Shown: positions 1 to 8,562 of the stretch, one piece after another | Position numbering within the stretch: the stretch's first letter is position 1 | Layout of the letters: each line of letters begins with the position of its first letter | NCBI GenBank assembly: GCA_963816355.1 | Contig: CAWFKH010000006.1 | Coordinates: 320,001 to 384,000 of the forward strand | DNA: 64,000 nt | Direction: 5' to 3' | DNA from: an uncultured Gemmatimonadales bacterium | GTDB taxonomy: Bacteria; Gemmatimonadota; Gemmatimonadetes; Longimicrobiales; RSA9 | Position numbers and translations under genes: made by a program | The notes under the pieces: generated by a model | The model's database searches: none | Told to the model about the DNA's origin: nothing | The model's input: the letters and a program-made list of their open reading frames with translations, nothing else

Positions 1-92
1 CCTCCTCTGGCAATCCACGCTTGCTCTGCCCCACGCCCCCGCCCCATTCTTCCCCACCGTCTCCCCGGACCACCGGAGCCCCGATCCGCCTC

Positions 93-1007
93 ATGCGCCT
101 CATCGCGCTCGTCGGCCTCACCGCCGCCGTCCTCCTCGGCGCCTGCAAGATCGCGCCGAACCCGCCGCGCCGGCGGCCGGGCGGCGTGCTCGGCTTCGGC
201 GCGGACGCACGGCTCGCGCTCGAACGCTACCGCATGGTGGACCTCACGCACGCGTTCGACGCGCGCACGGTCTACTGGCCGGTCGCCGACACGTCGGCCG
301 GCGGGCGCGGCGGGCGGCCGGGCCGTGCCGGCGCGGGCCGGGGCGGCGCGGCATCTCCGCCGCGCCGTTTCCGCCTCGACACGCTCGCGCGAGGCGAGAC
401 GCCGGGCGGCTGGTTCTACGCGGCCGAGGCGTTCGCGGCGCCGGAGCACGGCGGCACGCATCTGGACGCGCCGTACCACTTCGACCGGCGCGGCGACGGC
501 GCGGCGGCGGTGCCGCTCGAGCGTTTGATCGCTCCGGCGGTCGTGATCGACATCGCGCGACAGGCGGCGTCGGACCCGGACTACGCGGCGAGCGCGGCGG
601 ACGTGGAGGCGTGGGAGAAGGCGCACGGCGAGGTGCGTCCGGGCGACGTCGTCCTGCTGCGCACCGGCTGGTCCACGCGCTGGCCGGACGCGCGCTACTA
701 CCTGGGCGGCGATTCGGCGTCGGACCTGCACTTCCCGAGCTTCGGCGCGGACGCCATCGCTCTGCTGGTGCGCCGCGGCGTCGCGGCGGTGGGCGTCGAC
801 GTCGCGTCGACCGACATCGGCGCCTCGAAGGACTTCCAGGTGCACCGCATCCTCGCGGAGGCCGGCGTCCCCGCGCTCGAGAACCTGACCAACCTCGCCG
901 CGCTGCCCGCGAGCGGATTCCTGATCGTCGCGCTGCCGATGAAGATCGCCGGCGGCAGCGGCGCCCCGGTGCGCGCCGTCGCGCTCGTTCCGGACCGTGG
1001 GACGTGA
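93..1007 (+). CDS. Cyclase family (kynurenine formamidase-like) metal-dependent hydrolase, predicted lipoprotein
   Basis: HxGTHxDxPxH motif (EHGGTHLDAPYHF), VDLTH, LLRTGW, ENL and GSGAPVRAVA C-terminus. ATG at 93 begins a signal peptide with lipobox LGAC. Confidence 0.85.
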   Translation: MRLIALVGLTAAVLLGACKIAPNPPRRRPGGVLGFGADARLALERYRMVDLTHAFDARTVYWPVADTSAGGRGGRPGRAGAGRGGAASPPRRFRLDTLARGETPGGWFYAAEAFAAPEHGGTHLDAPYHFDRRGDGAAAVPLERLIAPAVVIDIARQAASDPDYAASAADVEAWEKAHGEVRPGDVVLLRTGWSTRWPDARYYLGGDSASDLHFPSFGADAIALLVRRGVAAVGVDVASTDIGASKDFQVHRILAEAGVPALENLTNLAALPASGFLIVALPMKIAGGSGAPVRAVALVPDRGT

Positions 1008-1072
1008 GCGTGCGGGTCGCTCGCGGGCGCGCCGGCAACCGTACGCCGCCGATCGCCGGGTGGCGGTGGAGC

Positions 1073-1142
1073 CGCGCGGAATGACGCGCGCGGGAGCGCG
1101 GTCGCGCGGAATGACGCGCGCGGGAGCGCGGTCGGAATGACG
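1073..1142 (+). repeat. Short tandem repeat: 30-bp unit, two near-complete copies plus a partial copy containing the RidA start
   Basis: GGAATGACGCGCGCGGGAGCGCGGTC occurs twice, followed by GGAATGACG; ATGs at 1081, 1111 and 1137. Confidence 0.7.
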
Positions 1143-1526
1143 TCGCGCGCGCGCGTGGAGACGCCGGCACGCTGGGCGGATACGGTGGGTTACTCGCGCG
1201 CCGTGCGCGCGGGCGCGACGATCCACGTCTCCGGCACCGCCGCCGTGAGCGAGGACGGCCTCGCGGTGGTCGCGCCGGGCGACGCGTACGGGCAGGCGAA
1301 GCGGATCCTGGAGATCGTCGCCGGCGCGTTGCGCGAGCTGGGCGCGGGCCCCGAGCACGTCGTGCGCACGCGCGTCTATCTGGCCGACGCCGCTGAGTGG
1401 CCGGACGTCGGACGCGCCCACGCGGAGGTGTTCGGCGAGGTCCGTCCTGCGACGACGTTCGTCCAGGTCGCCGGCTTCGTCGATCCCGCGATGCGCGTCG
1501 AGATCGAGGCGGAAGCGATTCTCTGA
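1137..1526 (+). CDS. RidA/YjgF/YER057c/UK114 family protein
   Basis: VGYSRAVRAG..IHVSGT, VVRTRVY, RPATTFVQV and VEIEAEA motifs; 129 aa. Confidence 0.9.
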   Translation: MTSRARVETPARWADTVGYSRAVRAGATIHVSGTAAVSEDGLAVVAPGDAYGQAKRILEIVAGALRELGAGPEHVVRTRVYLADAAEWPDVGRAHAEVFGEVRPATTFVQVAGFVDPAMRVEIEAEAIL

Positions 1527-1692
1527 GCGGGTCGGCGCCGCGCATTGACCGCTCGGCGGGCCGGCCGTATCCTCTCAGGTCGAGGCGCTTCGGGCGCCGT
1601 GCCGCGGGCCACGTGAACCCAGCGCGGGCACCGCGGGTGGCGCCGCAGGATCGGGTGGAGCGCCCGTTTCCTTATCCATCTCAGGACGGGGA

Positions 1693-2070
1693 ATGTCGCA
1701 GCGCAGCAGGAGGAGATCGATCGCGTTCCGCACGGGAGACCGCGTACGGCGGCACTCGGGGGCGCTCCTGCTCGTCTCCTGCATCCTGCTGAATCCCGCC
1801 TTCGTGTGTCCGCTCCACTGTCTGCTCCTGCGCGGCCGGGCGATGCCGTCCCCTTCGGATCGTGTCGCCGTGATGCGGCCGGACTGCCACCGCTCAGGCG
1901 TGTGGACCGCGGAACAGACCCAGGTGCAGCAGACGCTCGCGCCGGCCGAGGTCGCCGCGGTCGTTCACGTGCCGCCGTCGCCTGCGTCGTCCCGTGCCGT
2001 CGCCGCGCCCGACGCGCCGGCGACTTCTGCGACGTCGGAAGCACCGCACCCTCCTCCTCCGCGCGCCTGA
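1693..2070 (+). CDS. CutF/CruR (DUF2946)-like leader protein with CxxHC motif and C-terminal PPPPRA; candidate metal-responsive arrest peptide
   Basis: Basic N-terminus plus hydrophobic segment, CPLHC, DCH, Ala/Pro-rich linker, ending APHPPPPRA-stop. Purine-rich RBS upstream; lies directly before an envelope operon. Confidence 0.65.
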   Translation: MSQRSRRRSIAFRTGDRVRRHSGALLLVSCILLNPAFVCPLHCLLLRGRAMPSPSDRVAVMRPDCHRSGVWTAEQTQVQQTLAPAEVAAVVHVPPSPASSRAVAAPDAPATSATSEAPHPPPPRA

Positions 2071-2240
2071 TCCTTCGGGGCGCCCGGCCCCGGGCGTCCT
2101 CTTCCATGAACGAGCTCCGGCGACCCGGCCGGGCGCCCGGTCCCCGCCGCGCGGCGAGACCAGGGCTCCCGCCGTGGCGCGTCGGCGGGGAAGTCTTCTA
2201 CGCCGCGCCGCCGAACGGGCGGTGCGCGGGGAAGGGAGGG
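2049..2240 (+). promoter_or_regulatory. Long-range stem pairing the leader Pro/Arg codons with the Shine-Dalgarno of the porin gene
   Basis: 2049-2067 (CCCTCCTCCTCCGCGCGCC) is complementary to 2221-2240 (GGTGCGCGGGGAAGGGAGGG): 18 pairs including 3 G-U and one small internal loop. A second hairpin lies at 2077-2100. Confidence 0.55.
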
Positions 2241-2244
2241 ACTC

Positions 2245-3447
2245 TTGATTTCAGGGTTGATGTCATTCAGGGGGAGATCGGCTCCGGCGGTGGCGATCGG
2301 CACGCTCCTCGGCCTGCTTGCACTGACGCCGGTGAGCACGCGGGCGCAGCAGAGGGACACCACGCGCAGCCGGGTGGAGACGCTCGATCTCTCGCAGTCG
2401 GGAGCCGGCGAGGGGCTCACGGACCTGACCGCGGAGAGCGCGAATCCACTTCAGGTCACCGGCTTCGGTGTGGGCGACTACACCTACCGCGGCCGTACGA
2501 GCGAGAACACGTTCGCGGCCGGCAAGCTGGCGGTGGCGCTGTTCCGCGAACTGAGCGACTCGTTCTGGTTCTTCGGACAGCTCACGACGGCGCTCTCCGA
2601 GGAGGGTGGCGACGCAGGGGAGGGGGCGGTGCCCACCGAGATCGAGATCGACAACCTGCTCGTCGCCTTCACGCCGCCGGGCGCGACGAACGTGAACATC
2701 AGCTTCGGCAAATTCGACACGCCGATCGGCTTCGAGCGCGACGACGAGCCGCTCAACCTCGCGCCGACGGAGAGCTTCAACTTCGAGCTGGCGCGGCCGG
2801 CGAAGATGGTGGGCCTGATCGGGCGGTGGAGCGTGTCGCCGGCGTTCGACGTCGCCGGCTGGGTCGCGAACGGCTGGGACAGCCAGATCGATCCGAATCA
2901 CGGCAAGACGGTGGGTCTGCGGCTGGGCGCGATCCCGACCGAGCACACCAGCTTCGGCGTGGCGGGATTGTTCGGGCCGGAAGGCGAGGCCGGCGCGACG
3001 CTCGACCGCTATCTCCTCACGTTCGACTACGCGCTCGAGCCGACGTCGGATGTGATCGTCGCCGGCGAGGCGAATTACGGCGGCGACCGCGGCGCGCTGG
3101 AAGGCGGATCGGACGCCGTCTGGTACGGCGGTCTGCTGACGTTGTTCGGCCGGCTCTCCCCACACGTGGGCATCACGGCGAGAGGCGAGGCGCTCCGGGA
3201 CCGGGACGGCGCGCGGACGGGCGAGGTACAGACGCTCCGGTCGCTGACGCTGGCGCCGGTCTACCTCGTGGGGACGGGCCGGGAAGGGATCTTCGCGAAC
3301 GTCGAGCACACGACCTTCCGCATCCCCAGGATCCAGATCCGCGCGGGAATCCGCTACGACCACTCGAGCGTCGACTTCTTCGAAGGTCCGGACGGCCCCG
3401 CACGCGGGGCGATCCGCTACCTGGCCGAGGCGGTGGTGACGTTCTGA
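2245..3447 (+). CDS. Outer-membrane beta-barrel porin (BBP2/OmpL-like)
   Basis: Signal peptide (..STRAQ), GKFDTPIGFE and ANGWD motifs, amphipathic strands, C-terminal Phe (EAVVTF). GGGAGGG RBS precedes TTG 2245. Confidence 0.75.
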   Translation: MISGLMSFRGRSAPAVAIGTLLGLLALTPVSTRAQQRDTTRSRVETLDLSQSGAGEGLTDLTAESANPLQVTGFGVGDYTYRGRTSENTFAAGKLAVALFRELSDSFWFFGQLTTALSEEGGDAGEGAVPTEIEIDNLLVAFTPPGATNVNISFGKFDTPIGFERDDEPLNLAPTESFNFELARPAKMVGLIGRWSVSPAFDVAGWVANGWDSQIDPNHGKTVGLRLGAIPTEHTSFGVAGLFGPEGEAGATLDRYLLTFDYALEPTSDVIVAGEANYGGDRGALEGGSDAVWYGGLLTLFGRLSPHVGITARGEALRDRDGARTGEVQTLRSLTLAPVYLVGTGREGIFANVEHTTFRIPRIQIRAGIRYDHSSVDFFEGPDGPARGAIRYLAEAVVTF

Positions 3448-3479
3448 GCCCCCGTGGGGGCGAGGCGAGGAGATGTGCA

Positions 3480-4061
3480 ATGAATGAGACGAGGCTGTAC
3501 AGCCTGCGGCGGTCGAACCGCTCGGTGAAGCTGGCCGCGGTGCTGTTCCTGCTGGTGCTGGGCTATTCCTACGTCTTCGCGTTCCTGATGGTGAAGCGAT
3601 TCGCGGGGCTGACGCCGGAGGATGTTTCGGCGACGTACGTGCCGGCGGACGTCGAGGCTTCCGCGCTGCCAATGCACTCGAGCAGCGAGACGCAGGCGCT
3701 CGACCTGTCGACGCTCCAGCAGGAGCACCACCGCGTCGACACCACGCTGCTCATCCAGGACAGTCACATCCACATCATGATCTACGCGATCGTGGCCGCA
3801 CTCGAGACGCTGATCGTTCTCGGCCTGGAGTGGCCTGCCCTGTGGCGTGACCTGGTGATCGTGTGCGCGTTCGGATCCGGCGCGCTCGACTTCGCCGGGC
3901 AGTGGCTCATGAAGGCGGGGATCGGCGGCTTCGCATGGCTCACCATCGCGTCCGGCTGGCTCATGACCGCCGTCTACGTCGTGGTCCTCGCCGGAACATT
4001 GAGAGCGGTTCTGACCAGGAGAGATTCCAGGGTCCCGGAACAGGAGATGTCGACACCATGA
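3480..4061 (+). CDS. Uncharacterised ~4-TM inner-membrane protein with His motifs (EHH, SHIH)
   Basis: Coding part of track ORF 1806..4061; GAGGAG RBS then ATG 3480; hydrophobic helices; ATGA overlap with the next gene. Confidence 0.7.
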   Translation: MNETRLYSLRRSNRSVKLAAVLFLLVLGYSYVFAFLMVKRFAGLTPEDVSATYVPADVEASALPMHSSSETQALDLSTLQQEHHRVDTTLLIQDSHIHIMIYAIVAALETLIVLGLEWPALWRDLVIVCAFGSGALDFAGQWLMKAGIGGFAWLTIASGWLMTAVYVVVLAGTLRAVLTRRDSRVPEQEMSTP

Positions 4062-4753
4062 GCATCGAGAACATGACGAACCACGGCACGGCGGCCGGCG
4101 CGATCGTCGCCGCCCGTCCCGCCCGAGGGCGCCGCTCCGCGCGCCTCCGCCGCGCGGGCGCCCTCACGGCGCTCCTCGCGATCCCGTTGATGGCCGCCGC
4201 CCCGAACCACATCACGCCCACCGTGGTGCTGCGCAAGCAGGCCGACGTCATCCGCGCCACGCTTCCCGGCGCGAGCCATTTCTTCGTCAAGACGGTCCAG
4301 ATCGGCCGCGGCGACCTCGCCCGGATCGAGAGGGAGGGAGGCTTCAAGCCGGAGGAGCCGAAGGTCCGGTTCTATTACGGACAGGATGGCTCCGGCGCGA
4401 TGCAGGGGGTGGTCCTCTTCCCACAGGTGAACACGCAGCACGGACCGTTCGAGGTCGGCCTGACCGTCGCTCCCGATGGCACCGTCCTGAGCGCACGGGT
4501 GACGAAGGCGACCGTCGAGACGAAGCCCTGGGTGGAGAAGGCGATCGCGACCGGCTTCCTGGCCGACTTCCATGGGCTCGCGCCGGGCCAGCCGACCGAC
4601 CGCGCGGTGCGCAGGCTGCAGGCGGGCGACATCGGCCGGATGCCGACGTTCGCCGGTGAAGAGATCGCCGCGGCGGTGCAACACGGCCTCGCGCTCTACA
4701 ATGTCCTCTATGGCGTTCCGAGCGACGGCGCCGGGGGAGACGGGTCGCGCTGA
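4058..4753 (+). CDS. Exported FMN-bind (RnfG/NqrC-like) fold protein lacking the SGAT flavinylation motif
   Basis: Signal peptide; GVVLF..VNTQHGPFEVGLTVAPDGTV...E....FLADFHG matches the FMN_bind pattern; ATGA-coupled to the upstream gene. Confidence 0.55.
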   Translation: MSIENMTNHGTAAGAIVAARPARGRRSARLRRAGALTALLAIPLMAAAPNHITPTVVLRKQADVIRATLPGASHFFVKTVQIGRGDLARIEREGGFKPEEPKVRFYYGQDGSGAMQGVVLFPQVNTQHGPFEVGLTVAPDGTVLSARVTKATVETKPWVEKAIATGFLADFHGLAPGQPTDRAVRRLQAGDIGRMPTFAGEEIAAAVQHGLALYNVLYGVPSDGAGGDGSR

Positions 4754-4919
4754 CCGATAGGCTCCCGCGACCGCACGCATGCACGCCGGACCGGCGGCGC
4801 CGACGCGCAGTCGCGGCGGTCCTCCGCGCCCAGCCGCCGTTCCGCCGTCCACTTGTGCCGGCCGTCCACAAGTCCGACTATACCCCCCCCGTCACGGGCA
4901 AACCCGCACAGGGAACGGT

Positions 4920-5524
4920 ATGCGCTTCCGTACGATTCCGCTCGCCTCGCGGCGGTCCTCCTCTGCTTCGGCGGCGCACGGGCGCAGGTCGCCTGGGAAG
5001 CGCCGCTGCTCCTGCCGCCGGCCCCACCCGCGGGCGCCGGTCTCTACCTGATCGACGCGACGTACGGCAAGCTCGGCGTGCTCGGCACGTATCGGCCGGG
5101 CGGCTCCGAGGTGGGCTTCCGCCTCGGTGTCGTGAACGATCGTAACAACGACGTCAGCGTCTTCGGCGGCATCGACCTGGCGCGCCTCGCGGCGAGCGCG
5201 GGCACCTTCCCGCTGGACATCGGCTGGGCCGTGGGCGTCGGCGCGGGCGTGGGCCGCGACGGCGTGATCGTCGGCGTGCCCGCGCAGCTCTCGCTCGGCC
5301 ATCGCTTCTCCGAGCCGGAGGTCGCGTTCACGCCGTACGTCGCGCCGCGCGTGACGCTCGATCTCGCGATGAGCGGCTCGGACTCGCCGGACCCGGGCGC
5401 GGGCACGCACCTGGGCGTGAGCGTCGATCTCGGCGTCGACATCGATTTCCGCTCCGGCTGGCTGCTGCGCTTCGCCGGCAGCGCGGGCGACCACGGCGCG
5501 GTCGCCATCGGCGTCTCGTTCTAG
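4920..5524 (+). CDS. Small outer-membrane beta-barrel protein, frameshifted in its signal peptide
   Basis: ATG 4920 (MRFRTIPLA) joins LAAVLLCFGGARAQ if one base is added near 4945; alternating beta-strand pattern; ends IGVSF. Confidence 0.55.
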
Positions 5525-5606
5525 GCCGCCGCGTGACGAACAGGGGCGACGTCGCCCGATCCGGCGCCGTCGTCGGTAGCGATTCCTCGAGCTGTGGGCG
5601 GAAGCG

Positions 5607-6743
5607 ATGATCGTAGCGGTCCCGAAGGAGGTCGCGGGCGGCGAGCGGCGCGTGGCGCTGGTGCCGGACGGCGTGTCGCGTCTCGCGGCGCGCGCGCTCG
5701 AGGTGCGCGTGGAGGCGGGCGCGGGCACGGCGGCGGGATACCCGGATGCCGTCTACGTGGAGGCGGGCGCGGAGATCGTCGCGGACGGGCGCGATCTGCT
5801 CGCCGGCGCCGACCTCGTGCTGGCCGTGCAGGCGCCGCCGGCGGCGCGGATCGCCGCGTTGCGCGCCTCGAGCGCCCTCATAGGGCTGCTGCAGCCGCTC
5901 ACCTCGCCGGAGCTGCTGCGTTCGCTCGCCGCCGCGGACGTCACCGCCTTCGCGATGGAGCTGGTGCCGCGCATCACGCGCGCGCAGCGGATGGACGCGC
6001 TGTCGTCGCAGAGCACCGCCGCCGGCTATCGCGCGGTGCTCGTCGCGGCCACGGAGCTGCCGAAGTTCTTCCCCATGCTGATGACCGCCGCGGGCACGAT
6101 CCCGCCGGCGCGCGTGCTGGTGCTGGGCGCGGGCGTGGCGGGGCTGCAGGCGATCGCGACGGCGCGCCGGCTGGGCGCCGTGGTGGAGGGCTTCGACATC
6201 CGGCCGGCGGTGAAGGAGCAGGTCGAGAGCCTCGGCGCCACGTTCGTCGGGATCGTCATGGAGGAGGCGGAGACCGCGGGCGGCTACGCGAAGGAGGTCG
6301 GCGAGGACGTGCACCGTCGCGAGCAGGAGCTGCTGCTCAAGCACGTGAGCAATGCGGACGTGGTGATCACCACGGCGCAGGTGCCGGGCCGGCGCGCGCC
6401 GGTGCTCGTGACGCGCGACATGGTCGAGGCGATGCGGCCCGGCTCGGTGATCGTCGACCTCGCGGCGGAGAGCGGCGGCAACTGCGAGCTGACGGACGGC
6501 GGCCGCGCGGTCGAGCACGGCGGCGTGCGCATCGTCGGCCTGCTCAACGCGCCGGGCGACCTGCCGTACCACGCCAGCCAGATGTACTCGCGCAACGTGA
6601 TCGAGCTGGTGGGCCACCTCGTCGACGAGGAAGGTACGCTGCACGTCGACGTCGAGGACGAGATCACCGCCGGCTGCCTGGTCACGTACGGCGGCGAGGT
6701 GGTGAACGAGCGGGTGCGCGCGACGGTGGAAGCGGGCGGCTGA
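5607..6743 (+). CDS. pntA: NAD(P) transhydrogenase alpha subunit part 1 (domain I)
   Basis: PKE...ERRVALVP, RITRAQRMDALSSQ, FFPMLMTAAGT, GAGVAGLQAIATARRLGA, GGYAKE. Confidence 0.95.
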   Translation: MIVAVPKEVAGGERRVALVPDGVSRLAARALEVRVEAGAGTAAGYPDAVYVEAGAEIVADGRDLLAGADLVLAVQAPPAARIAALRASSALIGLLQPLTSPELLRSLAAADVTAFAMELVPRITRAQRMDALSSQSTAAGYRAVLVAATELPKFFPMLMTAAGTIPPARVLVLGAGVAGLQAIATARRLGAVVEGFDIRPAVKEQVESLGATFVGIVMEEAETAGGYAKEVGEDVHRREQELLLKHVSNADVVITTAQVPGRRAPVLVTRDMVEAMRPGSVIVDLAAESGGNCELTDGGRAVEHGGVRIVGLLNAPGDLPYHASQMYSRNVIELVGHLVDEEGTLHVDVEDEITAGCLVTYGGEVVNERVRATVEAGG

Positions 6744-6786
6744 AGTGGAAGCGGGCGGCTGAAGAGGAATCATTCAAGGAGGACGC

Positions 6787-7152
6787 ATGCTCGAGTCGTT
6801 GTTGATCGGCGTCTACGTCTTCGTGCTCGCGATGTTCGTCGGCTTCGAGGTGATCACGAAGGTGCCGACGATTCTGCATACGCCGTTGATGTCGGGGTCC
6901 AACGCGATCTCCGGCATCTCGCTCATCGGCGCGGTGATCGTGGCGGGCCGGCTGGAGTCCAACGTGGCGACGGTTCTCGGCATCATCGCGGTCGCCTTCG
7001 GCACGGTGAACGTGGTGGGCGGCTTCATGGTGACGGACCGCATGCTGCAGATGTTCCGGCGCCGCAGTGAGCCGGAGCCGGCGGCGGGCGGTGGCGGCGC
7101 GGGTGGCGGCGGCCAGGTGGCGGCGAGCGTGCCGGCGGGAGGCGGCCGATGA
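6787..7152 (+). CDS. pntA: NAD(P) transhydrogenase alpha subunit part 2 (membrane)
   Basis: VPTILHTPLMSGSNAISGI and NVVGGFMVTDRMLQMF. Confidence 0.95.
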   Translation: MLESLLIGVYVFVLAMFVGFEVITKVPTILHTPLMSGSNAISGISLIGAVIVAGRLESNVATVLGIIAVAFGTVNVVGGFMVTDRMLQMFRRRSEPEPAAGGGGAGGGGQVAASVPAGGGR

Positions 7153-8549
7153 GCGGCGGCATGAGCGTCGCGGTCGAGCTGTCGTACCTGATCGCGGCGG
7201 TGCTGTTCATCGTCGGGCTGAAGCAGCTCAGCTCGGCGGCGACGGCGCGGCGCGGCAACGTGATCGGCGGGATCGGCATGCTGATCGCGGTCGCGGCGAC
7301 GCTCTTCGACCGGCAGATCGTGGGCTTCTGGGCGATCGTAGTGGGCGTGGCGATCGGCGCGATCGCCGGGGCGGTCGCGGCGCGCAAGGTGAAGATGACG
7401 GCGATGCCGCAGATGGTGGCGGCGTTCAACGGCTTCGGCGGCGGCGCGTCCGCGCTGGTCGCCGCGGACGAGTACCTGCGCGCGCCGCTCGGCTCGGGGT
7501 TGCGCGGCGACATCGGGCTGAGTATCGCGCTGAGCGTGCTGATCGGCGCGGTGACGTTCTCGGGCAGCTTCGTCGCTTATGGGAAGCTGCAGGAGATCGT
7601 GACGGGGCGCGCGGTGACGTACCCGCTGCAGAAGACGTCGAACGGCCTGATCTTCGCCGGCATCGTCGCGCTGACGCTCTACCTCGCCTTCGGTCCGGTG
7701 ACGCCGCCGCTCTTCTGGGTGCTGATGGGCGCGTCGCTGGTGCTGGGCGTGCTGGTCGTGATCCCGATCGGCGGCGCGGACATGCCGGTCGTGATCTCGC
7801 TGCTGAACTCGTACTCCGGGCTCGCGGCGGCGGCGGCCGGCTTCGTGCTCGAGAACAACGTGCTGATCATCGCGGGCGCGCTGGTGGGCGCGTCGGGGAT
7901 CATCCTGACGCGGATCATGTGCGTGGCGATGAACCGGTCGCTGACGAACGTGCTGTTCGGCGCGTTCGGCGCGACCGCGCCGGCGCCGGGCGCCGCGGCG
8001 GTCTCGGCGACCGGCCAGTCGGTGCACGAGGTGCAGGCGGAGGACGCCGCGATCCTGCTGGGCTATGCGAAGCGCGTGGTGGTGGTGCCGGGCTACGGCC
8101 TGGCGGTCGCGCAGGCGCAGCACCAGGTGCGCGAGATGGCGGACCTGCTCGAGTCGCGCGGCGTCGACGTCAAGTACGGCATCCACCCGGTCGCCGGCCG
8201 CATGCCCGGCCACATGAACGTGCTGCTCGCCGAGGCGAACGTGCCGTACCCGAAGCTGTTCGAGATGGAGCAGATCAACTCGGAGCTGCCGCACACGGAC
8301 GTCGCGCTGGTCGTGGGCGCGAACGACGTCGTCAACCCGGCCGCGCGCAGCGACACGAGCAGCCCGATCTACGGCATGCCGATCATCGACGTGGACCGGG
8401 CCGGCACCGTGATCATTCTGAAGCGCAGCATGAACCCGGGCTTCGCAGGCATCGAGAACGAGCTCTTCTTCGCCGACAACACGCGCATGCTGTTCGGCGA
8501 CGCGCGCGCCTCGCTGACCAAGGTGATCGCGGAGCTGAAGCGGCTGTAG
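7149..8549 (+). CDS. pntB: NAD(P) transhydrogenase beta subunit
   Basis: MTAMPQMVA, IGGADMPVVISLLNSYSG, HPVAGRMPGHMNVLLAEA, GANDVVNPAA. Confidence 0.97.
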   Translation: MSGGMSVAVELSYLIAAVLFIVGLKQLSSAATARRGNVIGGIGMLIAVAATLFDRQIVGFWAIVVGVAIGAIAGAVAARKVKMTAMPQMVAAFNGFGGGASALVAADEYLRAPLGSGLRGDIGLSIALSVLIGAVTFSGSFVAYGKLQEIVTGRAVTYPLQKTSNGLIFAGIVALTLYLAFGPVTPPLFWVLMGASLVLGVLVVIPIGGADMPVVISLLNSYSGLAAAAAGFVLENNVLIIAGALVGASGIILTRIMCVAMNRSLTNVLFGAFGATAPAPGAAAVSATGQSVHEVQAEDAAILLGYAKRVVVVPGYGLAVAQAQHQVREMADLLESRGVDVKYGIHPVAGRMPGHMNVLLAEANVPYPKLFEMEQINSELPHTDVALVVGANDVVNPAARSDTSSPIYGMPIIDVDRAGTVIILKRSMNPGFAGIENELFFADNTRMLFGDARASLTKVIAELKRL

Positions 8550-8562
8550 ACGCCGTGCGGCC

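Noticed and set aside
1806..4061. 751-aa fusion protein from the ORF track
   Set aside because: The first ~560 codons are an Arg/Gly-rich shadow frame over the leader and porin; only 3480-4061 has an RBS and protein-like composition.
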